Source of the DNA: an uncultured delta proteobacterium
GTDB taxonomy: Bacteria > Desulfobacterota > Binatia > UBA9968
Direction: 5' to 3'
DNA length: 64,000 bases
Assembly: GCA_963760795.1 (NCBI GenBank)
Contig: CAVXEP010000013.1
Location: 160,001 to 224,000, forward strand
The notes beneath the pieces are model-generated. The model was not told the origin of the DNA, searched no databases, and saw only the letters and a list, made by a program, of their open reading frames with translations. Position 1 is the stretch's first letter; each line of letters opens with the position of its first letter. Positions 36,255-44,773 of this stretch are shown piece after piece. The position numbers and the translations under genes were made by a program.

Positions 36255-39200
36255 CTAATATCGTTTATGCCAAATCAGTTCGACTCCGCTCGCACCCGTG
36301 GTGCTCGTCGACGAACCGATCTTCCACTCGGGCGCTAGTTGAACCTCCACCGAGGCCTGTTGACCGTGCTCGCCGGCCAACTCCTGATTGACCGTAACGT
36401 AGGTGCGGCGGCCGAGATAACGGCCCACGCCGACGCGGCCGCCGTCAAAATTAACGTCGCCAACGCCCAAGCTTTCCAGACCGATGGCGTCCGCGATGGC
36501 GGCACCGATGTTCGCCGCGGCGAAACCGGTGGTCACATCCAGGGCACTTTGCTTGAGCGAAACTTGCTCGCTGCTGTTAAGATCCTTGGTCGGTTTGCCG
36601 AATACCAAGAGCGCGAGGATATCCGACTGATCCAGGATCGGATCGCTGCGCAGCACCAGCGAGGGTTTTTCAACCGTGCCGCCGACTAGCGCCTCGACCG
36701 TGTATTGCGGCAAACGGTGCTGTGCCAGGATGTCCAGAGCCGGGTCGATCTTGCCGCCGCCAATGAATTGGATATCGCCGCGAACGATATCGAAACGCCG
36801 GCCTTGAAAGGTGGCCCAGCCACGAATGATTTCACTGTTGCCGACGAGTTGCAGAGCCTGGCCGGGCTTTTTCGTCGCGTGAATATTACCTCGAAGCTCC
36901 GCCGATGCGTCGGCATGCCTGACGCGGACGTTACTCGGCATGCGTAGCGTCAGATCCAACGTGAGCGCTTTGAATAGCTCGCTTTCGTCCAGTCCATTAT
37001 TTGAGCCTGTTTTCACCGGCGCGACCCGCTCGCTACCGTCCCGGTTCACCACCACGATCGTCTCGTCGCGTTTAACCGCGGTAGAGCTTTGCTCCAGGAA
37101 AGCGAGATCCGGCCGCAAATCGGCCTCCGTGACGTCGACCTTACCCGTGATCCTTGGCGCCGCCGGTGAGCCGTCGATTTCAACGGCGCCGCCAATCTGC
37201 GCGCGATAGCGCCGGGTATCGATCGCCGGCCAGCGGCGCGCCGCCAGGGACAGTTTGAAATTATCGATTTGATAGTTCTGCAACGTCAGCAGGCCGCTGC
37301 CGCTGAAGGTTCCGTCGTTGGCGCGCGCCGACAGCTTTTGAATGCGGATCACGCGCGCATCGAAGCTGCCCTCGGCGGTAACCGAATCAACCGGCACATT
37401 GAGCAGAGTTGCCCTGAGCTTGCCATCGCTCAGACGAAACGAGCCGCTTAGCGCTGGTGCCGCCGGCCGGCCGCGCGCGGTTAATTCGAGACTGAGCTCG
37501 CCACCCAGGCCGGTGACAGTCTTTGCCGTGTAGGCGTTGAGAAACGCCAAGCTCAGACCGGCGGATTGGACGCGCGCGTCCATGTCACCGGTGATGTCCG
37601 AACGCCATCCGTCCTGCCAACTCAACAACAAAGGTAGCCGGCCGGTGGCCGTGAGCGTGTGCGTAGCATCTTGGCGCACCGTGAGATTTAGATTTGCTTG
37701 TCGTTCTCGATAACTGAGATCGGCGACCAGGCCGGCATAGCTTTGCCCGCCGATTTTCGCATCGGTCAAGTTAATCGTTCCAGTGATCTCCGGCGCCGCC
37801 GCCGTGCCGCTGACCTGGGCGCGTAGCGCCAATAGCCCATTCATCGGCGGTTGCTTGGAAAAGAACGTCGCCAGCCCTTCAAGCGGAAAGCTATCGACGG
37901 TCAGGTTCAACCGCTGAGTCCCGGTCATGGCGAGTTGGCCGTCCAGCGCCGCGGCTTTGGCACCGTTGCGCAAGGTGAGGTTTTGAATATTGAAAGTTTC
38001 GCCGCGTTTGCTGAGCGTCGCCGGCGCTGCCAGCTTCCACATGCCGTCCGGCAAGCTGAAACTGGCCTGGCTCAATGTCGCGACGATATCGGCTTGGCTG
38101 TAATCGACAGCGCTCTGAAGCGTATGAATCCGCCCCGACCCATCCTGTGCCTTAACATCGAAACGGGCTGAGCGTGATGCCGTTCCGAGCTTCGCCGTAG
38201 CGTCGAGCTTTTGTAACTCGACGCCGGCTTGCACCCCCGACAAGCGCGCCGCTATATCGCCGCCGGGAATCGGCTGTTGCGCTGTCCGTGCGAGATTGAA
38301 ATCAATAGCACCGCTCTTTACCGCCAAGTTGTCGTAGCTTAGGTTCGCCACTTTCAGCGCGCCGCGGGATTTCAAATCGGTAAGATTGCCTTGCGCGCTA
38401 CCCGCAAGCGTGAGCGAGCCGCTCCCCGACTTACCGGCAAGCGCGAGCCAAGGCGAGATATTCTCGCTGCGAAGCTCGTAATCGAGCTTTCCTTGCTGCG
38501 CGAGATCCACGCCGATATCGCCTTTTACCGCAAGCGATGAATCGGCCGTGCTGAGCGATCCGCGGGCGATGCGAATTCTGCCACCGGAGAGAGCCGCAAC
38601 CAGCTCACCCTTGCTTAAGTTCACCGAGCCGATGGACGACGGCAGAATTTCCAGATTGGTCTGGCCGCTCAGCTGCGCAAGCGTCAGGCCGGAACCCTTG
38701 ACGGCTCCTTTTAAATTGACCACACCGCCGAGAGATTTTCCTTCCGCGGAAACTTTCGCGATGTCGAGATTTTTAACCGCGAAGTCGAATTCGTAACGCG
38801 GCACTTGGGTTAACGTGACGTTGCCGCGCCATTCGGCGCCGCCGAGCGCGCCTGTGAGATCGCCGCTCAAGAGCGCGGTGCTTTCGTGCAGTTTAGTTTG
38901 CACGCGCAGATCGCCCAACTTCCAACCCTTTACTTCCGCCGCGCGAATATTGAAGTTGCCGGCGCCCGCTAGTTGAGCGAGGTCAACTCCCACTCCCGTA
39001 ACTTCGGCGCTGCCGTCGAGAACTCCGGCGACCCCTTGGTCCGGCGCCAGCCAGGTTCGCGCATCGACACCCGCGAGTTTGATCTTTCCCCGAAAGCGCG
39101 GCGCCGGCGCGGCGGCGTCGATGATAAAATTGCCCGTCGCCTTAGCCCCCGCCAAGCCAATATCCAAGGCAATCGTCAGCGCTTCCAGCTGACCGTTTAC

Positions 39201-40040
39201 GGCGATGGTGCCGGCAAGGCTCTGTTTGACCGGCCAGTCCGGAACCAAGCGGACAAGATCCGCCGCACCGAGCTTGTCGATGGCTAGCTTGGCGGCGATT
39301 TTCGGTTTGGCGAAATCAGCCACGTCGCCGCTTAGTTTCAAACGTGACGCCGCCGATTCAAGCACCAGACTATGAACTTTCACAATCGGCGTCGAGCCGG
39401 CGTCGAGGTATGCGAGCGAACCCTTCAGACCCAACTCCGGTAATGTCTTCGACTGCAAGCGAGCGCTAATTTCCCCTGCGTCAAAAACAACGCCCTTGGG
39501 ATCAGCGGTCAGCCGTCCATCCAGCAAGACGTTGCGCAAGCGATATTCCTTCGGCTCGGTTCCCAATATGCGCAGATCGAGATCGCCCTGGCGCAGCGCC
39601 AAAGACTTGAGCACCACGGCGAATTGCGACTCGCTAGTGTCATCCGAAGACAGCGCTTCGGCGATATTCCATCGCCCCTGTTCGTCGCGCACGATCTGTA
39701 CCGCTGGCTCCGCCGCCTCAGCGCGGTCGATTTGCAATCGGCCGAATAGCAACGGCAACAACGCATAGGAGAGTTTGAGTCGCGCAATCCGCACGATGTC
39801 GGAGTTCTGATATCGCAGTCGGACATCGTGCAGTGTCAGATCGCCCCAAACCGATCCTTCGATCCGTTCCAGCGTGACGGCGCCGCGAATAGAGCTATTG
39901 ATCGCCGCGACGAGCTGCTCGCGAACCAAGCGGCGAAACCCCTCCGTGTTCGAGTAGACGCCGAGACCGATGGCGATCAGCAAAAGCACCAGCCCAATCC
40001 CAAGAGCGATCCAGCGCAAATAACGAAACATCATCTTCAT
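36255..40040 (-). CDS. tamB: Translocation/assembly module TamB-like protein
   Basis: N-terminal TM anchor, long beta-rich body, C-terminal F.GRRF....G.I.F.G...DPALDI..P.L.LRSDP.L.QSDILALL.FG; directly after tamA. Confidence 0.88.
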   Translation of the reverse strand: MKMMFRYLRWIALGIGLVLLLIAIGLGVYSNTEGFRRLVREQLVAAINSSIRGAVTLERIEGSVWGDLTLHDVRLRYQNSDIVRIARLKLSYALLPLLFGRLQIDRAEAAEPAVQIVRDEQGRWNIAEALSSDDTSESQFAVVLKSLALRQGDLDLRILGTEPKEYRLRNVLLDGRLTADPKGVVFDAGEISARLQSKTLPELGLKGSLAYLDAGSTPIVKVHSLVLESAASRLKLSGDVADFAKPKIAAKLAIDKLGAADLVRLVPDWPVKQSLAGTIAVNGQLEALTIALDIGLAGAKATGNFIIDAAAPAPRFRGKIKLAGVDARTWLAPDQGVAGVLDGSAEVTGVGVDLAQLAGAGNFNIRAAEVKGWKLGDLRVQTKLHESTALLSGDLTGALGGAEWRGNVTLTQVPRYEFDFAVKNLDIAKVSAEGKSLGGVVNLKGAVKGSGLTLAQLSGQTNLEILPSSIGSVNLSKGELVAALSGGRIRIARGSLSTADSSLAVKGDIGVDLAQQGKLDYELRSENISPWLALAGKSGSGSLTLAGSAQGNLTDLKSRGALKVANLSYDNLAVKSGAIDFNLARTAQQPIPGGDIAARLSGVQAGVELQKLDATAKLGTASRSARFDVKAQDGSGRIHTLQSAVDYSQADIVATLSQASFSLPDGMWKLAAPATLSKRGETFNIQNLTLRNGAKAAALDGQLAMTGTQRLNLTVDSFPLEGLATFFSKQPPMNGLLALRAQVSGTAAAPEITGTINLTDAKIGGQSYAGLVADLSYRERQANLNLTVRQDATHTLTATGRLPLLLSWQDGWRSDITGDMDARVQSAGLSLAFLNAYTAKTVTGLGGELSLELTARGRPAAPALSGSFRLSDGKLRATLLNVPVDSVTAEGSFDARVIRIQKLSARANDGTFSGSGLLTLQNYQIDNFKLSLAARRWPAIDTRRYRAQIGGAVEIDGSPAAPRITGKVDVTEADLRPDLAFLEQSSTAVKRDETIVVVNRDGSERVAPVKTGSNNGLDESELFKALTLDLTLRMPSNVRVRHADASAELRGNIHATKKPGQALQLVGNSEIIRGWATFQGRRFDIVRGDIQFIGGGKIDPALDILAQHRLPQYTVEALVGGTVEKPSLVLRSDPILDQSDILALLVFGKPTKDLNSSEQVSLKQSALDVTTGFAAANIGAAIADAIGLESLGVGDVNFDGGRVGVGRYLGRRTYVTVNQELAGEHGQQASVEVQLAPEWKIGSSTSTTGASGVELIWHKRY

Positions 40041-40042
40041 CC

Positions 40043-41884
40043 TTAAAAGAACGCGCCGATGCTGAAATGAATTTGCCAAGCCTGGTCCTTGGGCGGTTTT
40101 TGAAAAGGGAAACCGATATCGAGACGCACCGGCCCCACCGGCGTGGTGTAGCTCAAGCCAAAACCCGCTGCGAACTTCAGATTGGCGATCGGTACATCGA
40201 AGGGCTGTGGCGCTACTTGGCCAAAATCGACGAACAGGGCGCCGCCGAGCTCGCGCCAAATGGGCCGGCGCACTTCTATAGAACCTTCAAGCAAAGTCAA
40301 GCCGCCCAACGGATCGTTGCTTTCGCTGATCGGCCCGAGGCGGCGCCGGCCGTAGCCTCGAACACTTTTCTCGCCGCCGGCATAGAATCGCTCGAACAGG
40401 GGATAACCGTCCTGGGCGCCGATCGCGTCGCCCAAGCCCAATTTCAATCGGCCGGCTAGAATGGTTTCCCAGCCGATCTCGTAATATTTTTTCGCCTCGC
40501 CCGTGATCTTGAAAAATTTATAAGCTCCGCCCCAGATCACACCGGCCTGTTCTAATGTCAACGACAGGATTTCGCCCTTCTTCGGATAAAATGGGTTGTC
40601 GGTGGTGTTCCAGACCAAACCCATGGCCGGTCCCGATACCAGGCCCTCTCGTTTAATATCACCCAGCGCCCGCTCCGTCGCTGCCGCGATATCTTTTAAC
40701 TTATCGTATTCCAACCGGTAGCCGATAAAGCCGCTCAGGGCTGGGGTGAAGTGGTGATCGACGCGCGGCATAAAGCGCGTCATATTGCGCAAGTAGGTTT
40801 CTTCTTCTTCTTGGTCTAGTTTAAAACTCAGCACACCCTTGGTTCGCGGCGTGAAGAAATGCGGCTGCACCAAATCCGCCGCGGCCCCCATGGTGATCGA
40901 AGAGTACTTGGCCTGGAGCGATAACTGCCGCCCGCCGCCCAACCAATTAAGATGACGCCACTGCGCCTGGGCGCGAAACTCCTCTTCGGTGCTATAACCT
41001 ACCGCCATGCGAACTTCCCGATAGGGCTTTTCACTTACTTCCACCTCCATCGGCACCACTGCCGGTTGCCCGGCGGTTTGCTTCGGACCGATGCGCACAC
41101 TGCTGAAGAGCTCGAGGGCAAGCAGCTTGGCCCGCGTCTCGGCGACCTTTTCGGAAGAAAATTTCTCGCCAGCTCCGTAGGTGAGCTCGCGCTGAATCAA
41201 ACTTGGATTGACACTGTCAGCGCCGAGAATATCGGTTGCGCCGAAAATCGTCGGCGGCCCAGGCTTGATCGTATAGCCGATATCGACCTCGCGCTCATCG
41301 ATGCGGATTTCGGCTTTGCGCGAACTTTCAACATGGGCGAACCCTTGGCGCGAAAACAGGCTGCGCAGTGCTAGTTCCGCCCCTTGGTACGCGGCTTCTG
41401 CAAACACCTCGCCACGCTTGACCGGCAAGGAGTCCGGCAAGGGCGGTCTCTCGGCTGGCGGCAGGTCGCTGATCACCGCTACATCGATCTGGGAGATGAC
41501 GACGGGTAAGGTTTCCTTGATGCGAATCTCTACGGTGACGCGAGTCGTGTCTTCGTCGACTAAAAGATCATGCTCGATAACCGTGTCGTAATAACCACGC
41601 GCCTCGTAATAACGCCGTAGCCGCTCAAGATCGTGTTCGAAAGTTGCCGGTTCGAAGGAGGGACGCTCACCCCAGAATCGGTACCAAGGCCGTTCCTTGG
41701 TCAAGATTTCGTCGCGCATTTCACCCTCTGTGAAAAGCTTCAAGCCCGACAGATTGATTTTTTCGACGCGCCAATCTTTGGACACGTCGAGAGCATCGAC
41801 CGTAACCGAATAAGCCGGATTCGCGTAGATCAGACCGCCTGCTATAAGAAATACGATTGCAGAAAATGTTTTCACGCCTATCAT
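40043..41884 (-). CDS. tamA: Omp85-family outer-membrane protein (TamA/BamA-like)
   Basis: POTRA-like repeats (YEARGYY), ERFYAGGEKSVRGYG, TPVGPVRLDIG, terminal aromatic SIGAFF. Confidence 0.9.
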   Translation of the reverse strand: MIGVKTFSAIVFLIAGGLIYANPAYSVTVDALDVSKDWRVEKINLSGLKLFTEGEMRDEILTKERPWYRFWGERPSFEPATFEHDLERLRRYYEARGYYDTVIEHDLLVDEDTTRVTVEIRIKETLPVVISQIDVAVISDLPPAERPPLPDSLPVKRGEVFAEAAYQGAELALRSLFSRQGFAHVESSRKAEIRIDEREVDIGYTIKPGPPTIFGATDILGADSVNPSLIQRELTYGAGEKFSSEKVAETRAKLLALELFSSVRIGPKQTAGQPAVVPMEVEVSEKPYREVRMAVGYSTEEEFRAQAQWRHLNWLGGGRQLSLQAKYSSITMGAAADLVQPHFFTPRTKGVLSFKLDQEEEETYLRNMTRFMPRVDHHFTPALSGFIGYRLEYDKLKDIAAATERALGDIKREGLVSGPAMGLVWNTTDNPFYPKKGEILSLTLEQAGVIWGGAYKFFKITGEAKKYYEIGWETILAGRLKLGLGDAIGAQDGYPLFERFYAGGEKSVRGYGRRRLGPISESNDPLGGLTLLEGSIEVRRPIWRELGGALFVDFGQVAPQPFDVPIANLKFAAGFGLSYTTPVGPVRLDIGFPFQKPPKDQAWQIHFSIGAFF

Positions 41885-42388
41885 GCGGCATCTCGAAATT
41901 GGGACAAATTGAAGGCATCGCTAACCACGCAACAACTTGAGAATGTTATCTTAACAAGCGCGCCAGGTAATTCCAGTTAGAACTCATCGCGAGCAAAAAT
42001 AACGGGCGCCCGGGAAATTCTCGGGTAAGAGTTCCGAGGCAAGGGTTATTGGGGATTCTTGCCGGCTAATTCGACGCGCCCGACAAAATGCTCATATAAC
42101 CATTCGTAAGCGCTCAAATAGGAGCATTCACGCATGACACCTAAACTCTTACGGTCGATTTTCGAAATGTGCGTCTCGTTATCGCCCGTCACGGTTCACA
42201 TCGATAGTGCTCCGCCTATCTGAAAAATTGGCGGCTCCTAGCGATTTCTACGTTCAAACCGGATAAGCCTATATTAGCAGCTGGGCACGGAGCTTGTATT
42301 TGAGTGAGGCATACAGCGCCTCGGCGGAAAGGCTATAGAGAGTCTCCATGACCAAACCGTGAAATAACCAGTATGGAGTGGCCCACGA

Positions 42389-42988
42389 ATGATAGGAATA
42401 AACACAACGATTTTCGGTCTTCTAGCCTTAACGGTTGCTTTGATTCAACCTCGCGATGGCAGCGCCGGCGTTCCGACCGATCAGATTCGCGTCACCGTCG
42501 ATCGGGTGCTGACAATTCTCAAAGACCCGGCATTGAATTCCCCTGGCACCAAAGAAGCGCGGCGCTCGGAGTTGAGCAAGGCGATACTGCCGCGATTCGA
42601 TTTCGAGGAAATGGCGAAGCGCTCCTTGGGCGCCGAGTGGCGCCGCCGGACGGATGCGGAACAAAAGGAATTCATCCGGCTGTTTACCGAGCTGCTGAAA
42701 AATTCCTATATCGAGTCCATCGAGGCCTATCGCGGCCAAAGTGTTGTTTACCGCAGTGAATCCCAGGACGGCGCTTACGCCGATGTCGGCACTAGAGTCA
42801 TAAACGAACAGGGGGAAGAATTCAGTATTGATTACCGCCTCAATCTCGATGGAAGTCAATGGAAAGTCTACGACGTGATCATCGAAAACATTAGTATCGT
42901 TAATAATTATCGCTCGCAGTTTGGCCGCATCCTCAGCCGGTCTTCCTTCGCGGAACTGCTGCAAACGATTCGCGGCAAGGTGAATTGA
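42389..42988 (+). CDS. MlaC/Ttg2D-like phospholipid-binding protein
   Basis: FDFEEMAKRSLG..W......Q.EF..LF..LL..SY, IDYRL, WKVYDVIIENISIVNNYRSQF. Confidence 0.92.
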   Translation: MIGINTTIFGLLALTVALIQPRDGSAGVPTDQIRVTVDRVLTILKDPALNSPGTKEARRSELSKAILPRFDFEEMAKRSLGAEWRRRTDAEQKEFIRLFTELLKNSYIESIEAYRGQSVVYRSESQDGAYADVGTRVINEQGEEFSIDYRLNLDGSQWKVYDVIIENISIVNNYRSQFGRILSRSSFAELLQTIRGKVN

Positions 42989-43019
42989 GCAAACCTAATA
43001 ATCCCCCTGGGAGGTTCCC

Positions 43020-43520
43020 ATGTATTTACGCACCCTATTGATAGCACTGGCACTTGGAGCATTGGCGTTATTTACCGCGGTCAACTGGAGCGCTTTCACC
43101 ACGCCGACGACTCTTTCGGTGATCTTTGCCAGCGTCGAAGCGCCGCTCGGACTGCTTTTACTTGGGATGGTCGTGCTGCTGGCGGCTTTGTTTCTAATCT
43201 ACGTGGTCTATTTGCAGTCTTCGGTGCTGTTGGAGACCCGCCGCCACACCCGCGAACTGCACTCCCAACGCGAGCTTGCCGAGCATGCCGAAATCTCGCG
43301 CATAAAGGATTTGCGTTCCTTTATCGAAACTCAGCTCAAGACCTTCGGTGAACAATCCGAGCGCTCCCGAGCAGAAACGTCAGCCAGGTTGGACAGGCTT
43401 GAGAGCGAACTGCGCCAGTCCATAGAGCAATGCCATAATTCTCTGGCCGCGTCGATGGCTGAGATCGACGATCGGCTTGAACATGGCGCGGGCGAATCCC
43501 AGTCCCGCAAGCTCACCTAG
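43020..43520 (+). CDS. LapA/DUF1049-like membrane protein with coiled-coil tail
   Basis: LFTAVNWSAFTTPTTLSVIFASVEAPLGLLLL; ggagg RBS. Confidence 0.75.
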   Translation: MYLRTLLIALALGALALFTAVNWSAFTTPTTLSVIFASVEAPLGLLLLGMVVLLAALFLIYVVYLQSSVLLETRRHTRELHSQRELAEHAEISRIKDLRSFIETQLKTFGEQSERSRAETSARLDRLESELRQSIEQCHNSLAASMAEIDDRLEHGAGESQSRKLT

Positions 43521-43870
43521 CATCGCTTTGAATCGCTGCTGGTACGGAAGACTGAAAGGTTAATTTAGGGTGACTGAGGACTACGGGATGACTTTCAATG
43601 GGCGATCGACGGCAATATTCCTGGCCGAATCTACCGTGGCTTCGCCCGCGGCAACCGATCCTGGTAAAACCCCAGCATCGGCTAATATACCGGCCGGTTA
43701 ACGTTACCGATGCACCTCCTTTTTGGTCGGACACTAGCGCATAAAAAGCTAAGTCAACGAGCTTAGAGAACCAGTTCTTGCAGACAATTCATCGTCGCGC
43801 GTGCTCTCGATCATGTTAGCGGCTCGTGATCGTCGGTGGAGCGACCCGCGCATCGGTCGCTCGGGTGCGG

Positions 43871-44554
43871 TCATGGTACGGAATCCCGCTGATTCCGACG
43901 AGCTTTCCAACAACTGTCAGACATCTCGCGGTAGCGCGCTCGTAACTCGTCGAGATTCGCACCGGCTTCCAAGCGGTCGAGAAAAGCGGCGCCATCGGCG
44001 CAATTCTCCAGTTGGACGAGACCGTCTTTGAATAGCGGCGCGGCCTCATCGTAACGGGCCATTTTTAACAAAGTAGTCGCCAGCGGAAGATTGGTAAAAT
44101 ATTGATCGGGCTGTAAATCTAGAGCGAGCTTTTGCACGAACTCGGCCTGTTTAAAGCTCTTCTCTTTATGCAGCCGGTTGCCGAAGTCGACCAGCCAGAG
44201 AGCGACTTCGCGCATCGCCGTCTCCGTGTCGCGATTCGCGGCAATTGCCGCCAGTTGAGTTTCATTGAGGCGGTAGTTTTCCGCGAGAGACACGAAGCGA
44301 AAAACATTTTCCTTGGTCCCGAACCGCGTTATGAGCTCGGTGAGGAAAACGGGTGGTAATTTTCTCCAACCGCTGCGTTTGCTTAAGACTCCCAACAATG
44401 ATTCCAACTCCGGCAGGCCGGTCCGCGCAAAGGCATAATAACTTCGCAGCAAGCCTCGTACCGTGGCTTGCGGGCTCCTGAGTCGGCGCCATGCCAGTCG
44501 GTAGACAGCGAACAATGCGATTAGTAGCCCGACTAGAAATAATTCAGTGCTCAT
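43871..44554 (-). CDS. Hypothetical membrane-anchored protein with a TPR-like C-terminal part
   Basis: N-terminal TM; DFGNRL....FKQAEFVQKLALDLQPD...NLPLATTL.KMARYDEA; ggag RBS. Confidence 0.65.
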   Translation of the reverse strand: MSTELFLVGLLIALFAVYRLAWRRLRSPQATVRGLLRSYYAFARTGLPELESLLGVLSKRSGWRKLPPVFLTELITRFGTKENVFRFVSLAENYRLNETQLAAIAANRDTETAMREVALWLVDFGNRLHKEKSFKQAEFVQKLALDLQPDQYFTNLPLATTLLKMARYDEAAPLFKDGLVQLENCADGAAFLDRLEAGANLDELRARYREMSDSCWKARRNQRDSVP

Positions 44555-44631
44555 GCAATCTCCCCGATCCGAAGCGCGGGAGCGCTATGATAGATCGCGC
44601 TGATTTTCCTCACTGAAAACTTTCGATACTC

Positions 44632-44770
44632 AGCGCAAGATGAGCGAGGTGCACATCGTTAAGTTACTCTGGACAATCGAACTCAGATTAAACAAGGCGA
44701 CGGCGGCAAGAGCGGCGAATCCGGCAAGAATCAGTCCGGCGATCATTGCGATTCTGCGCGTGAACCATAG
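44632..44770 (-). pseudogene. Possible N-terminal remnant of an AsmA-like membrane-anchored protein
   Basis: RRIAMIAGLILAGFAALAAVALFNLSSIVQSN then stops, directly after treY. Confidence 0.3.
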
Positions 44771-44773
44771 CCG

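Noticed and set aside
42282-42298. Sigma54-like motif GGGCACGGAGCTTGT upstream of the MlaC-like gene
   Set aside because: The -12 element is GT rather than the conserved GC; too weak to call.
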